DNA of 64,000 nucleotides from a virus (lineage: Duplodnaviria > Caudoviricetes), in IMG/VR virus record IMGVR_UViG_3300043447_000250, positions 27,214 to 91,213 of that record. One strand, written 5' to 3'. A program made the position numbers and the translations under genes. Shown here piece by piece: positions 39,636 through 50,032 of this stretch (the first letter of the stretch is position 1; every line of letters begins with the position of its first letter). The notes beneath the pieces were generated by a model. The model saw only the letters and a program-made list of their open reading frames with translations, did not search any database and was not told the DNA's origin.

Positions 39636-39842
39636 TTAGTATCCTCCTAGACACTCATTACGAGAGTGTGATAATCTTGTTCGTGTGTAGTCTTTTTTGT
39701 TCGGGGCATAGAATTCTTCCCCACAACTAAGACATGAGCCAGTCCACTCACCACCAAAGAAGTCATAACGCATACCCTTGAAGTCAGCATACTTACGCTC
39801 TACAAAGGCTTCAAATGGGTCAGGAATCTCAAAGGTAATCAT
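39636..39842 (-). CDS. small Zn-binding protein
   Basis: CxxC...H...C. Confidence 0.6.
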   Translation of the reverse strand: MITFEIPDPFEAFVERKYADFKGMRYDFFGGEWTGSCLSCGEEFYAPNKKDYTRTRLSHSRNECLGGY

Positions 39843-40548
39843 TTCTGAGATGGCACACAGTCTAGACAGAATGCAGCACCTGCACTTGCAACCTTAGCAG
39901 TAACAGGATCAACATAGAAGGTTGATGCATCGTCAATATGGCGACGGCATACAAAGCACTTGCGTATCATTAGTTCCCATTCCACTTATAAGCAATATAG
40001 TTAAACATGTTGAGCATTGAGACAATAAGCCAGAATGCAACCTTGTATGGGTTAAAGTCGGTTTCTATAAGGGCATATACAAGCCAGCCAAATGCAAAGG
40101 AAGCGAAAAATAAGTTTGAACGGCCAATAAATTTATCTAAAGTAGTCATATAACAATTATACAGTTCGGCGACGGGTATGTCAAGTCTTTAAAGTTCGGC
40201 GACAATAGAGATACCCAAACCACCCTATGCATCTGACGATGCACTATCGGTGTCTTTATCCCAGATTTCCCCACATTTTGTACATGTTATCCCTGCTTCT
40301 CGCATATACCAGGTATGCTTACACATTACTTCTTCTTATCTCGATTTGCCCAATCAAGTTTTTGCTGGCGTTCCATTGCACGGTAGATCTCCATTGGAGG
40401 ACATTCATTGCACCAGTGATAACTAGTAAAATAACGCTCTCCACGCTTATGGGCACAAAGTGAACCTTTCATATTAAACCTCTCGTTAGTAATTTCTTTT
40501 AACCTAAGTATCCCAGATTTGCCACGGTATGTCAAGTATAATAGATAT

Positions 40549-40866
40549 ATGAACGAAGCCATCCTATATATACTATATAACCCAGTACACAGGGCTGTTA
40601 AGGTAGGCATATCTGATATCTCAGGTAAAAGATACGCTTCCCACAGGGGCAAGGGATGGCTATTGGTTTATTATTGGCATTTTTCTGAGCGGGATAAAGC
40701 CAGAGCCGTAGAATCTGTAGTCCTAAAGACACTAAGGGAAAGATATGGATATTACCTTAGTAAAGAACAAATGCCACAGGGTGGTTTTTCAGAGACATTT
40801 GATGCATCTAAGGTCACTAGACGAATGTTGATTCGTATGGTTAATAAGGCTATTAAGAGTGCTTAG
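40549..40866 (+). CDS. GIY-YIG/T5orf172-like nuclease-fold protein (leaderless)
   Basis: LYI...KVGIS...R...E...GFSETF; TTGCCA-17-TATAAT promoter. Confidence 0.7.
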   Translation: MNEAILYILYNPVHRAVKVGISDISGKRYASHRGKGWLLVYYWHFSERDKARAVESVVLKTLRERYGYYLSKEQMPQGGFSETFDASKVTRRMLIRMVNKAIKSA

Positions 40867-41488
40867 GGCATTTCTTAGTGGGGTTTGGAACTCCATAATT
40901 TACCTTATACATGCCACCACAGTCAAAGCATAGAACATTGAGCATATTAATATCTATAGCCTTAGATAACATTCTGTTATGAATTTCATATAATCTAGAT
41001 AGATCGCATTGAGATATAAAATCTTGGATAAAAGCGTACTCGTCAGTATTTTTACTTGAGACTAAATGTGATATTTCTGGCTGATCGGTTAAGGTGCTCT
41101 CATACTCCTCATCTATGATGCCAATATCTAAAGCATTAGCAACAGCCTTAGTTGTTTCAAACGGGTACAAAATAAGGTCATCGTAATCTACTATAATCTC
41201 AGAGTCAAGTAAAGATTCATATAAGTCTGCATAGGCATCTATTCTAAAATTAGTTGTGAACAGGTCTACCTCTGCCTCTTTCTTATAGAATAGGTTCATA
41301 GCCAAATCAGATGTCATGAGGTCTTTAGGGTCTCTCGCAAGAGTGATAATCTTACCCTCTACCATACCATGATGCTTCTCTATAAAGGCTCCTGTATGCT
41401 GCCAAAGCCTTTCCTGGAGATAGTGGCTACCTACCCTAGGAATGGTTACTATTGAGTAGTCTGGATGGATGTAAAAAGGGTTTTTCAT
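40853..41488 (-). CDS. sulfotransferase-like protein
   Basis: PRVGSHYL PAPS-loop, RDPKD, YDDL. Confidence 0.65.
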   Translation of the reverse strand: MKNPFYIHPDYSIVTIPRVGSHYLQERLWQHTGAFIEKHHGMVEGKIITLARDPKDLMTSDLAMNLFYKKEAEVDLFTTNFRIDAYADLYESLLDSEIIVDYDDLILYPFETTKAVANALDIGIIDEEYESTLTDQPEISHLVSSKNTDEYAFIQDFISQCDLSRLYEIHNRMLSKAIDINMLNVLCFDCGGMYKVNYGVPNPTKKCPKHS

Positions 41489-41625
41489 TGTTCAAGTATA
41501 GCACTGAACTTTGCGGGGGATAGGAAAGATAGTCCCAATTACCCCTAGTATAAACACATAGGCATATACCCTATAAGACCTTAAGATGGATCAAAATAAG
41601 GTGTTGGAATACCTCAAGATGATAC

Positions 41626-41680
41626 TTATCCACAGGGTTTGATATGCTGAAAATGTTAGTTATCCACAGGTTTATCCACA
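41626..41680 (+). promoter_or_regulatory. three DnaA boxes
   Basis: TTATCCACA at 41626, 41660, 41672. Confidence 0.8.
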
Positions 41681-41718
41681 TATAAATGTTACTGATTATA
41701 TTATTAGATGTCCTAGAA

Positions 41719-41744
41719 GTGGAGTGAAGTGGAGGATAGTGGTT
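41719..41744 (+). promoter_or_regulatory. MraZ-type operator (three GTGG repeats at 10-bp pitch)
   Basis: GTGGAG-tgaa-GTGGAG-gata-GTGGTT. Confidence 0.6.
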
Positions 41745-42165
41745 TATTGAGCATTTTCATAAGGCCATCGTAATGTCAAGTGGCCCCAAACCCCCTATAC
41801 CAAACATTCAAACCTTTGTCAAATAGCCAAACCATCTGCATTATATACCAAACATAAGTGTTTGTCAACTTTGATTTGAAACAAATCCTTGTGACAAATT
41901 TGAATGATTTTGTCGACATTTGTTTGATAATTAATTATTATTTAAATAAATTAAAAAGAAATAAATAAAAAACAATTTGTTTTATATATTGTTTTATATC
42001 AGGTATTGTTTGTTATATAGGGGATGGGGGATCAGATGATGTTTGATATCCCCTGGCAAAATGGCTAGGTACGGGGAAGAAAAAGCCTCTTCGTAATGTC
42101 TCTGGGATTATACCACCGACCACTGACATGCCTGGTACGGGGAAAAATTTTACGCCTTCGTAATC

Positions 42166-42363
42166 TTATTTTGGGGAAACAGAATCGGTCTTCGTAATAC
42201 CCTGGGGATCCTGATCATGGAGATTTTCGGGGGAAAATGAAAAGAACTTAGACAAACCCATAGTATGAGTAATAGATACAAAGCCATTCCACATAGCATT
42301 AGAGAATGCTTCATACTCTTTTGGTTGGTTCTTTGCATATCTAGCAAAGTGTCTAGGGCTCAT
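42166..42363 (-). CDS. hypothetical protein (leaderless, MSPRHFAR...)
   Basis: TGGTATAAT before the ATG at 42363. Confidence 0.55.
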   Translation of the reverse strand: MSPRHFARYAKNQPKEYEAFSNAMWNGFVSITHTMGLSKFFSFSPENLHDQDPQGITKTDSVSPK

Positions 42364-42579
42364 AAAATCATTATACCACCCAATAGGTTTGTCTGACAAA
42401 CAAGGTTTGATATGGTATAAGCCATGATTGGGGAAAATAATTGATCCTTCGTAATCTAGATCTGGGAAAAATATATTTGACATCGTAATGTTTGTTTGGT
42501 AAAATGTTTGGACATATTGGTTTGAAATGTCTAGGCACCTTCGGGGGCCCCAAGCCCAAACGGGCCCAGGGCTCACCTA

Positions 42580-42873
42580 CTATTCTGGTTTATTCTTTTT
42601 ATTGTATGCGTACTCTAAAACATCTAGAAGATTTGGATCACCAAGACCATCAACTTCTTCTTCAGAAATCTCTATCAAACTCAAAAACATTTTAAATGTT
42701 TCTTCTAACATTTCTTCACCAACAGGGCTTAGTTCTTTTACCAAACCTTCTGCAAGCATATATCCCATTGGACATCCAATGTCATTGTATTCCATGAACT
42801 GTTCAAAGTCTTCATCATTACGGAACTCAATCCATAACTGTCCTACGATCCCCGCCTTGTCTGCAAGATTCAT
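42580..42873 (-). CDS. hypothetical acidic protein
   Basis: RBS; F.EYNDIG.P motif. Confidence 0.7.
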   Translation of the reverse strand: MNLADKAGIVGQLWIEFRNDEDFEQFMEYNDIGCPMGYMLAEGLVKELSPVGEEMLEETFKMFLSLIEISEEEVDGLGDPNLLDVLEYAYNKKNKPE

Positions 42874-43095
42874 TTACTTCCCCTTCATCTCTTCCATAAG
42901 TTTATCATACTCTTCTTGTGCGGTCAAGGCTAAAACATCAAACCTCTTGAAAACGATTACTGGTAGATTTCTGACTAAATAATATCCAACCCTCTCAAGG
43001 TCAATAGAAAAATCTTCCGTCAATAGTTTTGCGAGTTGTTCTGCTTTCCTAGATTCTTTGTTGTGCGTTGGTGTTGCTGATAATCGTCTAGCCAT
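42874..43095 (-). CDS. hypothetical protein
   Basis: RBS aggag; TTGCCC-17-TACAAT promoter. Confidence 0.7.
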   Translation of the reverse strand: MARRLSATPTHNKESRKAEQLAKLLTEDFSIDLERVGYYLVRNLPVIVFKRFDVLALTAQEEYDKLMEEMKGK

Positions 43096-43187
43096 AGAAC
43101 TCCTCTCCTTTACATTGTATCAAATTTAATGGGTAGGGGCAAATCTGCAGGACTTAAACCCCTACCCGCATAGGATGACCCCTCGCC

Positions 43188-43547
43188 CTATGCTATCTCA
43201 ACTAAACCATATGCATTAATAAATGCTTCCCATGCTACGGGCACAGCACCGTTATCAAAATCTCTAACAGTCTTGTTAACAAAGTCAATGACTACTGACT
43301 GCTCTCCCAAATCAAAACTATCACCTGAGATAGAATAAATTCCAAAGCCGTGCTCTTCTAGAATGCTATCTTGAATAAGATAACTAATAATCATTCTGGT
43401 GCCGTACACTGAATCATTCCAGCGAGGCTTAGCATGGTGCATGGCCTTAGCAATGTCTACCTGCCATGAGTCTTGTCCCCAGTGACTGTATAGGACCACG
43501 GAAGAGTCAGTGCCATCCTTGAATACAAAATTGATTCTTGCTCCCAT
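43188..43547 (-). CDS. hypothetical protein
   Basis: MGAR...LYSHWG motif. Confidence 0.75.
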   Translation of the reverse strand: MGARINFVFKDGTDSSVVLYSHWGQDSWQVDIAKAMHHAKPRWNDSVYGTRMIISYLIQDSILEEHGFGIYSISGDSFDLGEQSVVIDFVNKTVRDFDNGAVPVAWEAFINAYGLVEIA

Positions 43548-43852
43548 TACTCTACATCCAATCTCTCTAGCGCTACAATACTAATGTCATATAGGATTTC
43601 TTTATATACTTCGTCCATCTCATCTGTATCAGTATTAGCCTCAAAACTCATATACTGACCTGTTGGCTCGTGTATTACTTCAATTGACCATCTAGGCATT
43701 CTGTCCCCCAAACTCTAGGGCATAGAGTTCTTCATTGGTCATGCAACTAGGGCAAGTGCCAAAGGGTTCATATCTATCGCAATAATTATACATATTCTCA
43801 AACTCAGTACCGCAATTAGCACAAACATATGGCTTGCTAGTTTTCTCAGTCA

Positions 43853-44323
43853 TTACTTTTCCAATTCTACTAGGGTCGTTTCTTCTTGTTCTAATTCTAG
43901 CATTTCTTCCTCAGTAATGCAAATCGGACAGCGTTCGTATTCGTAGTATCTTTCATTAATTAGTTGGCCATCATCTTCCATCTCTTCCCCGCAACCTTCG
44001 CAGTAGTACCAGTATGAAGAGACTTTAATCTGAATAACACACTCTTCCTCAGATGGGGCGGGGACCTCAGTAATGAAGTATCCTAATCTATTTATATAAT
44101 GGAAACCATTCCAGATGTAAGACCCACCATCATCGCCATCACCATAGGTCCAGATACAAAGTGGATTAGCAGACTTAACAAACTCATACTCATCGCCATA
44201 TGTCTCAAACATTATGCCTGAGCCTGTCTCATCTTGGAATGAGGCATTCTTATCTATATGATTAGTGATAGGCTTGTAAGTGGCTGTCCACTCTTCCATT
44301 GTCATTTCTTTGAAGTCGTTCAT
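43853..44323 (-). CDS. hypothetical protein with C-terminal Zn ribbon
   Basis: FETYG.E, G.H..NR.GYFITE, two CxxC; TTGACA-17-TAAAAT promoter. Confidence 0.75.
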   Translation of the reverse strand: MNDFKEMTMEEWTATYKPITNHIDKNASFQDETGSGIMFETYGDEYEFVKSANPLCIWTYGDGDDGGSYIWNGFHYINRLGYFITEVPAPSEEECVIQIKVSSYWYYCEGCGEEMEDDGQLINERYYEYERCPICITEEEMLELEQEETTLVELEK

Positions 44324-44524
44324 GTGGGGTACTTTCTACTAGGGTCCTATATACTATTTTACAGGTCAGAAATTAATTTGTCAACTTCATTCGGACTATA
44401 TCATAGGCATCAATACATCCAGCAAGATAGTCAAACATAGACCAGTCTTCTTCTTTTTCAGCCTCTGTTCGCATATCTGTGAGGGTAGCGATCTTTTCCT
44501 CCAGGAATAGTATTAATTCTCCCA

Positions 44525-44806
44525 TTACTCTGACTCCCGCTCTGTAATAGCAAATGATAGTTGATATGTTAATGTATATAAAGATACTAGGGTATCAAGA
44601 ACACCTTCAGCACGAGTTCTATCCATAGAAAGCATAGCGTCTGAGTAGTCACCCTCTTCTTCCTCAGTAGCAATCTCTGTTAGTTCCTGCTCAGCAATAA
44701 GCATAAGGTTTTTGAGTTCTCCGTGCAAGATATCTAATCCATTAACGCCTGCGTCAATCATGCGTTGTAGATGTAGAGGGACATTGTAATCAGGGTTGTG
44801 TTCCAT
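44525..44806 (-). CDS. hypothetical protein
   Basis: RBS aaggag downstream of a PafBC-type promoter. Confidence 0.7.
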   Translation of the reverse strand: MEHNPDYNVPLHLQRMIDAGVNGLDILHGELKNLMLIAEQELTEIATEEEEGDYSDAMLSMDRTRAEGVLDTLVSLYTLTYQLSFAITERESE

Positions 44807-44989
44807 GGGGTCTCCTTTGGGGTTATTTATTTAGTATATCTTGTGCCACTGACAAAATATGGCGGGATGTCTCAATCTCTGCCTGCTTAAGTCTATAGAA
44901 ATGATGAGCATTAACATAGTCAATCTTCTCCAGGTCTTGATGAAGGCTAATGAGATGTATCTTTATATATTCAATTAACTCATCAAACA

Positions 44990-45184
44990 TTAGTCTTCAG
45001 TCTCCCCGTCTTCGTCCTCATCTTCGTAGACTTCTTCAGCCATTTCTTCTACATCAATTGAATAGACATCTGAGAACATGGTATAGTCTTCCCACTTCCA
45101 GCCCTGCTCTTCTGCTTCTTGCTCGTTCTCTGCTTCTACTTCGTATTCAAGGTCTACTCGTACTTTTACATAATACTGTGGCAT
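44990..45184 (-). CDS. small highly acidic protein
   Basis: EVEAENEQEAEE motif; RBS aaggag. Confidence 0.7.
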   Translation of the reverse strand: MPQYYVKVRVDLEYEVEAENEQEAEEQGWKWEDYTMFSDVYSIDVEEMAEEVYEDEDEDGETED

Positions 45185-45207
45185 TTGGGTCTCCTTTAGT
45201 GTATATA

Positions 45208-45447
45208 TTAATTATAGGGGTTGGTGTTGATTTTTACAACTTCTGAGGGTGTGAGGTTTGTCACATCATTATGACTGGTCTTTACTGTTGCGTCTGCCCA
45301 TCCTATTAGTGTTACATTGGGAGAACCACAAGCACACCAGCCACGGTAGTTTTCCAGGTTTTGGCGGGTAGTGATCTGAATAGAGGCATCACAGTCATTA
45401 CAAACATAGTCATACTTAGTCCAGGTATCCATAGTGTGTTTATACAT
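45208..45447 (-). CDS. Zn-ribbon protein
   Basis: CNDC...CACGS; RBS. Confidence 0.65.
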   Translation of the reverse strand: MYKHTMDTWTKYDYVCNDCDASIQITTRQNLENYRGWCACGSPNVTLIGWADATVKTSHNDVTNLTPSEVVKINTNPYN

Positions 45448-45666
45448 TAGTCTCCTTGATTAACTAGATAGGCACGGACATCTTCTAGATTATTAATAGA
45501 TTCTTCAATGATTACTAGCATATCTTCTCTAGTCATTATGCCACCACCTCTGTCAGAGTTAGCCAAGTGGTGCAGTACTTACAGTGCTCCATTTTTAGCG
45601 GGGATACAACAGAGTGAGTACTATCTATAATAGCCTCAATCTTATCTAATACATCATCTAGGGTCA

Positions 45667-45855
45667 TTACTCTTCCTCTCTATCAGGTACTAAACCTTCT
45701 TCATACATAGCAATTACATTCATGGTTTGATGTAGGTTGCAATCACAATCCCCACCATTCATGTTTTCCATGAAATCAAAGTGGGAGTAATTGTCCTCAT
45801 ATATAGCAGTGATTAGTTCGTGTATAGCGTATGGCTTGTATGGTGTTTGGGTCAT
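45667..45855 (-). CDS. hypothetical protein (leaderless)
   Basis: TTGATA-17-TAGACT promoter directly before ATG. Confidence 0.6.
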   Translation of the reverse strand: MTQTPYKPYAIHELITAIYEDNYSHFDFMENMNGGDCDCNLHQTMNVIAMYEEGLVPDREEE

Positions 45856-45987
45856 GTATTAAGTCTACCAAAATCCTGGGAAAATATCAACTCTTCGTAA
45901 ACTTATTTTAGGGGAAATCTCATAGTTTGGATGTGATCTGCATCACAGGGCCCCCGAGGATTTTATGCATTGTGGTGCATATTTATG

Positions 45988-46061
45988 CGAAGCGTACGGG
46001 ACTTGAACCCGTGATCTCTACCGTGACAGGGTAGCGCATTAACCAACTATGCTAACGCTCC
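45988..46061 (-). tRNA. tRNA-Asp(GTC)
   Basis: ctacc-ctgtcac-ggtag; GGTTCAAGTCC. Confidence 0.92.
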
Positions 46062-46099
46062 TTGCGGAGCAGTTTTACATCGTGCTCAGGATGTTTTAA

Positions 46100-47116
46100 T
46101 TATACCAGTTGCAAGGTGTTCTGCACAACTTTCAGCAGGCGATTCTTCTCTGCATTAATTGCAGGGTCAAATCCTGATGCACTTGCGAGGATAGATTCAT
46201 TATTTCCACCTCGTGCTGTGCGGTACCAATCAAGGCGTTCTGTAAGTGCATTAAAGGCTCCCCATGCGTTACCCGCAATCATGCCATTAAATTCACCTGT
46301 GTAGATATCGTTAATAACATCTACCTTGTTCTCCCACTTCTTGATTGCACCCTTAGTGTCCTTCTCAGGCTTAGGGTAAGCGGTTGTGATGATTTTATAG
46401 AAATCCTGTGCAGAGATTTCCTTTTCAATCATTGCATGAGCCATCTTATCAAACTCATCCATATAGAGATTAGCAAGACCCAAAGTCTGACGGGCTACTT
46501 GAATCTTACCCTCAGCGGTTTGAGTGTGACGAATCTTGAAAGATTGCTTAACGCCATCCTTCTTCTTAGTGCGAGAGAGCGCAAGGTTAAGTGTATTAGC
46601 ACACACAACACGAACAGGGGTGATTGATGCCTGAATAGCGATTGAGCCGTCATGTGATGTGTTAATGAGAAGATAAGTTTTAACCTTATCTGCAACACCG
46701 CTAGCATCTAGGACAGTTTCACGCTCAAGAGCAAGAGCGCCAAATACTACACGCCCACCCTTGATTGAGCCAGCAGTTTCCCAACGACCTCCACCGTCTA
46801 GGATGTTGTCACCAAATGAAAACAAATCTTCATTTTGTAGGGGGACATAACGCTGTCCAACAACACCCAAAACATCCGTTTGAGTTTCTGTTGTAGGGTT
46901 AGTACGAACTACATACTGATATTCCTTATCAGATGTAAGGTGAGCAGGGATAGGCATATCTTCAAGACGAACATTCCAATTGGAAAGGTTAGCAGCAGCC
47001 AACATTTCAGCAGTGGTTTTTTCTTCTGTAAAAACAGTACCCAATCCATGCCATGCGGGTTCACGGAAAGATGCAAAAGATGCTACGCCGTTTTGTGTTT
47101 CTAGGTCATGTGCCAT
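46100..47116 (-). CDS. DUF932 / phage-plasmid TIGR03299-like protein
   Basis: MAH...PAWHGLG, LGVVG.RY...QN, ETAGS..GG, NTSHDGS, RVVCANTL, HT. Confidence 0.88.
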   Translation of the reverse strand: MAHDLETQNGVASFASFREPAWHGLGTVFTEEKTTAEMLAAANLSNWNVRLEDMPIPAHLTSDKEYQYVVRTNPTTETQTDVLGVVGQRYVPLQNEDLFSFGDNILDGGGRWETAGSIKGGRVVFGALALERETVLDASGVADKVKTYLLINTSHDGSIAIQASITPVRVVCANTLNLALSRTKKKDGVKQSFKIRHTQTAEGKIQVARQTLGLANLYMDEFDKMAHAMIEKEISAQDFYKIITTAYPKPEKDTKGAIKKWENKVDVINDIYTGEFNGMIAGNAWGAFNALTERLDWYRTARGGNNESILASASGFDPAINAEKNRLLKVVQNTLQLV

Positions 47117-47345
47117 GAGTTTTCTCTTTTCTGTTTGTTGATAATTTAAGTATACATGGATGGTCTGACAAATGCAAATCAGGATAGTTAAATATGGGAT
47201 AAAACGGACATTCGTAAATGTGTTCCTGATCACTGTGTGATATTGGTCACAGGGCCCTCGGGGGCAAAAAATGAGCAGTTTACGTGGCCATGCTCAGGGC
47301 CCTTACCCAGTTTTTAGACGTCTGGTAGGTCCATATCATAGCCCC

Positions 47346-47774
47346 CTATGAAATCGTTTCTTCCCAATCTACATTGCGAGAATCAAAACTGAAATCATCA
47401 ATTGAATAATCAAACGCATCAACACTGTACTCAAGCGATGCGATTACATCGTCTGGGTCTGCATCAAGTGGAATTGTAACTTCAATTTCATAGTCAACGG
47501 TTCCAGTGATTGTGATTGTCTTGGTTAGTTCAAAATCGCAAATCTCTGAAAGTGATTCTGCAACTACTTGTGACATATCATCATTCTTTACACACGCAAT
47601 TACATATTCCTTAACCGTATTAGCAAGGTTACGCTGCTCTGAACGCATGGTTCCAATGACCTGTGACTTCTGTGAGACCTCATCTTGAAGTCTAGTTATA
47701 TAAGCATCCTTCTTCTCAATCATCTCAAGTAGGGCTGCTGCTTGGCGCTCTAGATAATCTGTTGTTGCTGACAT
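47346..47774 (-). CDS. hypothetical coiled-coil/acidic protein
   Basis: RBS gaggt; own promoter. Confidence 0.7.
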   Translation of the reverse strand: MSATTDYLERQAAALLEMIEKKDAYITRLQDEVSQKSQVIGTMRSEQRNLANTVKEYVIACVKNDDMSQVVAESLSEICDFELTKTITITGTVDYEIEVTIPLDADPDDVIASLEYSVDAFDYSIDDFSFDSRNVDWEETIS

Positions 47775-47921
47775 GGGGGCTACCTCTTTCGTTTGTTGTT
47801 TATATATCTAATTCTAGCCTAGGCCACTGACAAATTCAAATCCTGTGATCCATTTTGGCTACCCTTGCGGGGAGCAGTTTAGCCACTTGCTCAGGTGGTT
47901 TGTTATCCCCGTTATTGGGAA

Positions 47922-48323
47922 TTATAGGTACTGTGCTACTGTCTTGAAAGTTGAGGCATTTACAAACTCCTCATCAGTCATTTTGAGAATACGAATTGCG
48001 TTCTCAATTTCTTGGATTTCATAAGAACCCAACTCACGCTCTAGGTCAATGCTTGGCTTCTCAGGAAGTTTAACCGCACCATTAGGAAGTGTGATAGTTA
48101 CATTGACTTCATTACGCCAGTTCTCATGTGCAGAAACTTCTGCCTTTGCGATTTGCTTGAATACAATATCCGCAACTTCCTTAGCGTATGCCTTCTCTAC
48201 CTTTTCGTAGTCCTTGCGCTTCTTCTCGTTGTTAGTAATTGCAGACTTGCTATCTGCTAACTTTGTTTCTAGTGCGTTGATTACCTTAGTTGTTGCTACC
48301 TTAACTGAAATTGCTCTTGCCAT
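47922..48323 (-). CDS. hypothetical protein
   Basis: RBS aaagga; EIENAIRILKM motif. Confidence 0.75.
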   Translation of the reverse strand: MARAISVKVATTKVINALETKLADSKSAITNNEKKRKDYEKVEKAYAKEVADIVFKQIAKAEVSAHENWRNEVNVTITLPNGAVKLPEKPSIDLERELGSYEIQEIENAIRILKMTDEEFVNASTFKTVAQYL

Positions 48324-48435
48324 GTGGGGTATTTCCTTTTCTGTTAGTTGGGGGTTTTGAGTGAGCCTTTTTGCAACTTGCTCAGGTTGGTTCTCGCCAT
48401 TTATTTATAGTGGCTGTACGCTAGCCACTTGCTAA

Positions 48436-48600
48436 TTACTTAGCAGTCCAAGTTGTGTAGCGTGGTGAGCCATTTACATCTAACTTCACACGAACATTAC
48501 CATTAGCCTGTGGGATAATCTCTGAGATTGTTCCTGTAACCTTTGACTTCTGTGTTGTGTAGAGGTCGCCTACCTTGTATGTGTTTGTTGCTACTGCCAT
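48436..48600 (-). CDS. small SH3/KOW-like protein
   Basis: YKVGD...G.I..I...VRVKL. Confidence 0.65.
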   Translation of the reverse strand: MAVATNTYKVGDLYTTQKSKVTGTISEIIPQANGNVRVKLDVNGSPRYTTWTAK

Positions 48601-48955
48601 TTTGTATCTCTTTTCTGTTAGGGTTACTTGCTTATGTATTAAGTATAACATTTCCTACTGACATTTTCCAAATCCATTTCCTAATAATCTCAAAATATAA
48701 GACATTATTCATGTGATTTGCGTCACCAGTTTGTTTTCCTTATAATATAATTGTAGCAGGAAATCTCAGAAATATCAAATCTGTGTCGTAAATCTGGGGT
48801 GATAAAAATCACATCGTAAATGGTTTAATTAGACTTGACAATGACTGGTCAGCGCCCCCGAGGGTCCAAATGGATCGGGGCCCCTAGCGCCCAGCACTCC
48901 CAAGAATGCTTAGTAGAATCAGTGTGGCCATTGCTAAATAAAAGATGGGATGCAT

Positions 48956-49204
48956 TTATTCGTCTTCGTCATTATCTACAAAGACATATAGTTTAAACAT
49001 CTCTTCATAGTTGCAAGAGTATTCCTCTACATCTCCATAGTCATTGCGGTATGTGATAGTGTAGTTGTCTCCAGTGGCATCGTCAACAATAGAGACTACC
49101 TCTACTACATCGTTATCAATATTAATTAAATCACCATCCATCAATTGGCTTGGTGCAAGTAAGTCTGCGTATACGAGTTCCATGTTGTTCATTGTAACAG
49201 TCAT
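48956..49204 (-). CDS. hypothetical protein
   Basis: RBS gagga. Confidence 0.65.
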   Translation of the reverse strand: MTVTMNNMELVYADLLAPSQLMDGDLINIDNDVVEVVSIVDDATGDNYTITYRNDYGDVEEYSCNYEEMFKLYVFVDNDEDE

Positions 49205-49337
49205 TTTTATTCCTCAATTCTATTCTTGTATTTAACTTTGCGAGTATACTTTTTCTTGCTAGGGATAGCAGTTGCAGCGTTGCTACGGCGTAGTTCTTGA
49301 ATACGGTTAACCTTATCTTTTATCATAGTCTTTATAC

Positions 49338-49682
49338 TCACACTTCACGCTCATAGTGTTCAGTTTCATTCATGGCTACGATGCATTCTTCACAATCGCA
49401 TTCCCATGAGTGTGGTACCCAGAAATCTAGGCGATGCTGTTCTACAATTGCTCTGGCAGGTGCCTGAGTATCTCCACGATAGAGAATCTGAAAGTCACCA
49501 ACCATAGGCATATCAATCATACGGTCATAGTCTTCGTCATAGTATGCGTCAATAGCCTCAATACAGGTTGGCACCATTTCTGAGGGTACAGGTGGATACA
49601 TATTACCTCTAAGGTGATAGAGAATCTGAGTCTCTAAGTCTAGTACGGTATCCTGAATTCCTAACGCTGTAACACTTCCCAT
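49338..49682 (-). CDS. hypothetical protein
   Basis: HLRGN.YPPVP, AIVEQHRL motifs. Confidence 0.7.
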   Translation of the reverse strand: MGSVTALGIQDTVLDLETQILYHLRGNMYPPVPSEMVPTCIEAIDAYYDEDYDRMIDMPMVGDFQILYRGDTQAPARAIVEQHRLDFWVPHSWECDCEECIVAMNETEHYEREV

Positions 49683-49816
49683 ATTAATTAACCTCGCAAT
49701 CGTGTCCTGAAACTAGTTCTAATGAATCAATAATGTCACTTGGATTAAGTCGTCTTGCACACTCTGGGCATTCATATACATAGCCTGCCCGTGTTGGAAT
49801 CAATAGCATTCCCATA

Positions 49817-50032
49817 TTACTTACCCCCTACATTTCCATTACGATAGAATATCTTGGTGTGCATTTTGCCATTAGGCTCTGATAGGTTAATTGTGCGGTA
49901 TTCATGTGCCCCGCCAATGTCAATGAAAGAATTATAGGCATTAACTGCCTCTAGTGCATTATCATAGCGACCTGTCCATGAGTAGTGTGGCTTGCCGTCA
50001 TATACTGAAGTTACTGCGTATTCATATTCCAT
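49817..50032 (-). CDS. hypothetical protein
   Basis: RBS ggagg. Confidence 0.65.
   Translation of the reverse strand: MEYEYAVTSVYDGKPHYSWTGRYDNALEAVNAYNSFIDIGGAHEYRTINLSEPNGKMHTKIFYRNGNVGGK

Noticed and set aside
41790-41870. LexA SOS box
   Set aside because: Only weak resemblance to the actinobacterial TCGAAC-N4-GTTCGA consensus
42364-42982. ORFs 42166-42576 (upstream part), 42371, 42492 and 42527
   Set aside because: They run through repeat/promoter DNA or antisense to real genes, with no RBS support
46067-46093. Pseudoknot as a preQ1/SAM-II riboswitch or a pistol/hammerhead ribozyme
   Set aside because: Topology is partly similar, but the conserved cores and extra helices are missing and the copies lie 3' of genes
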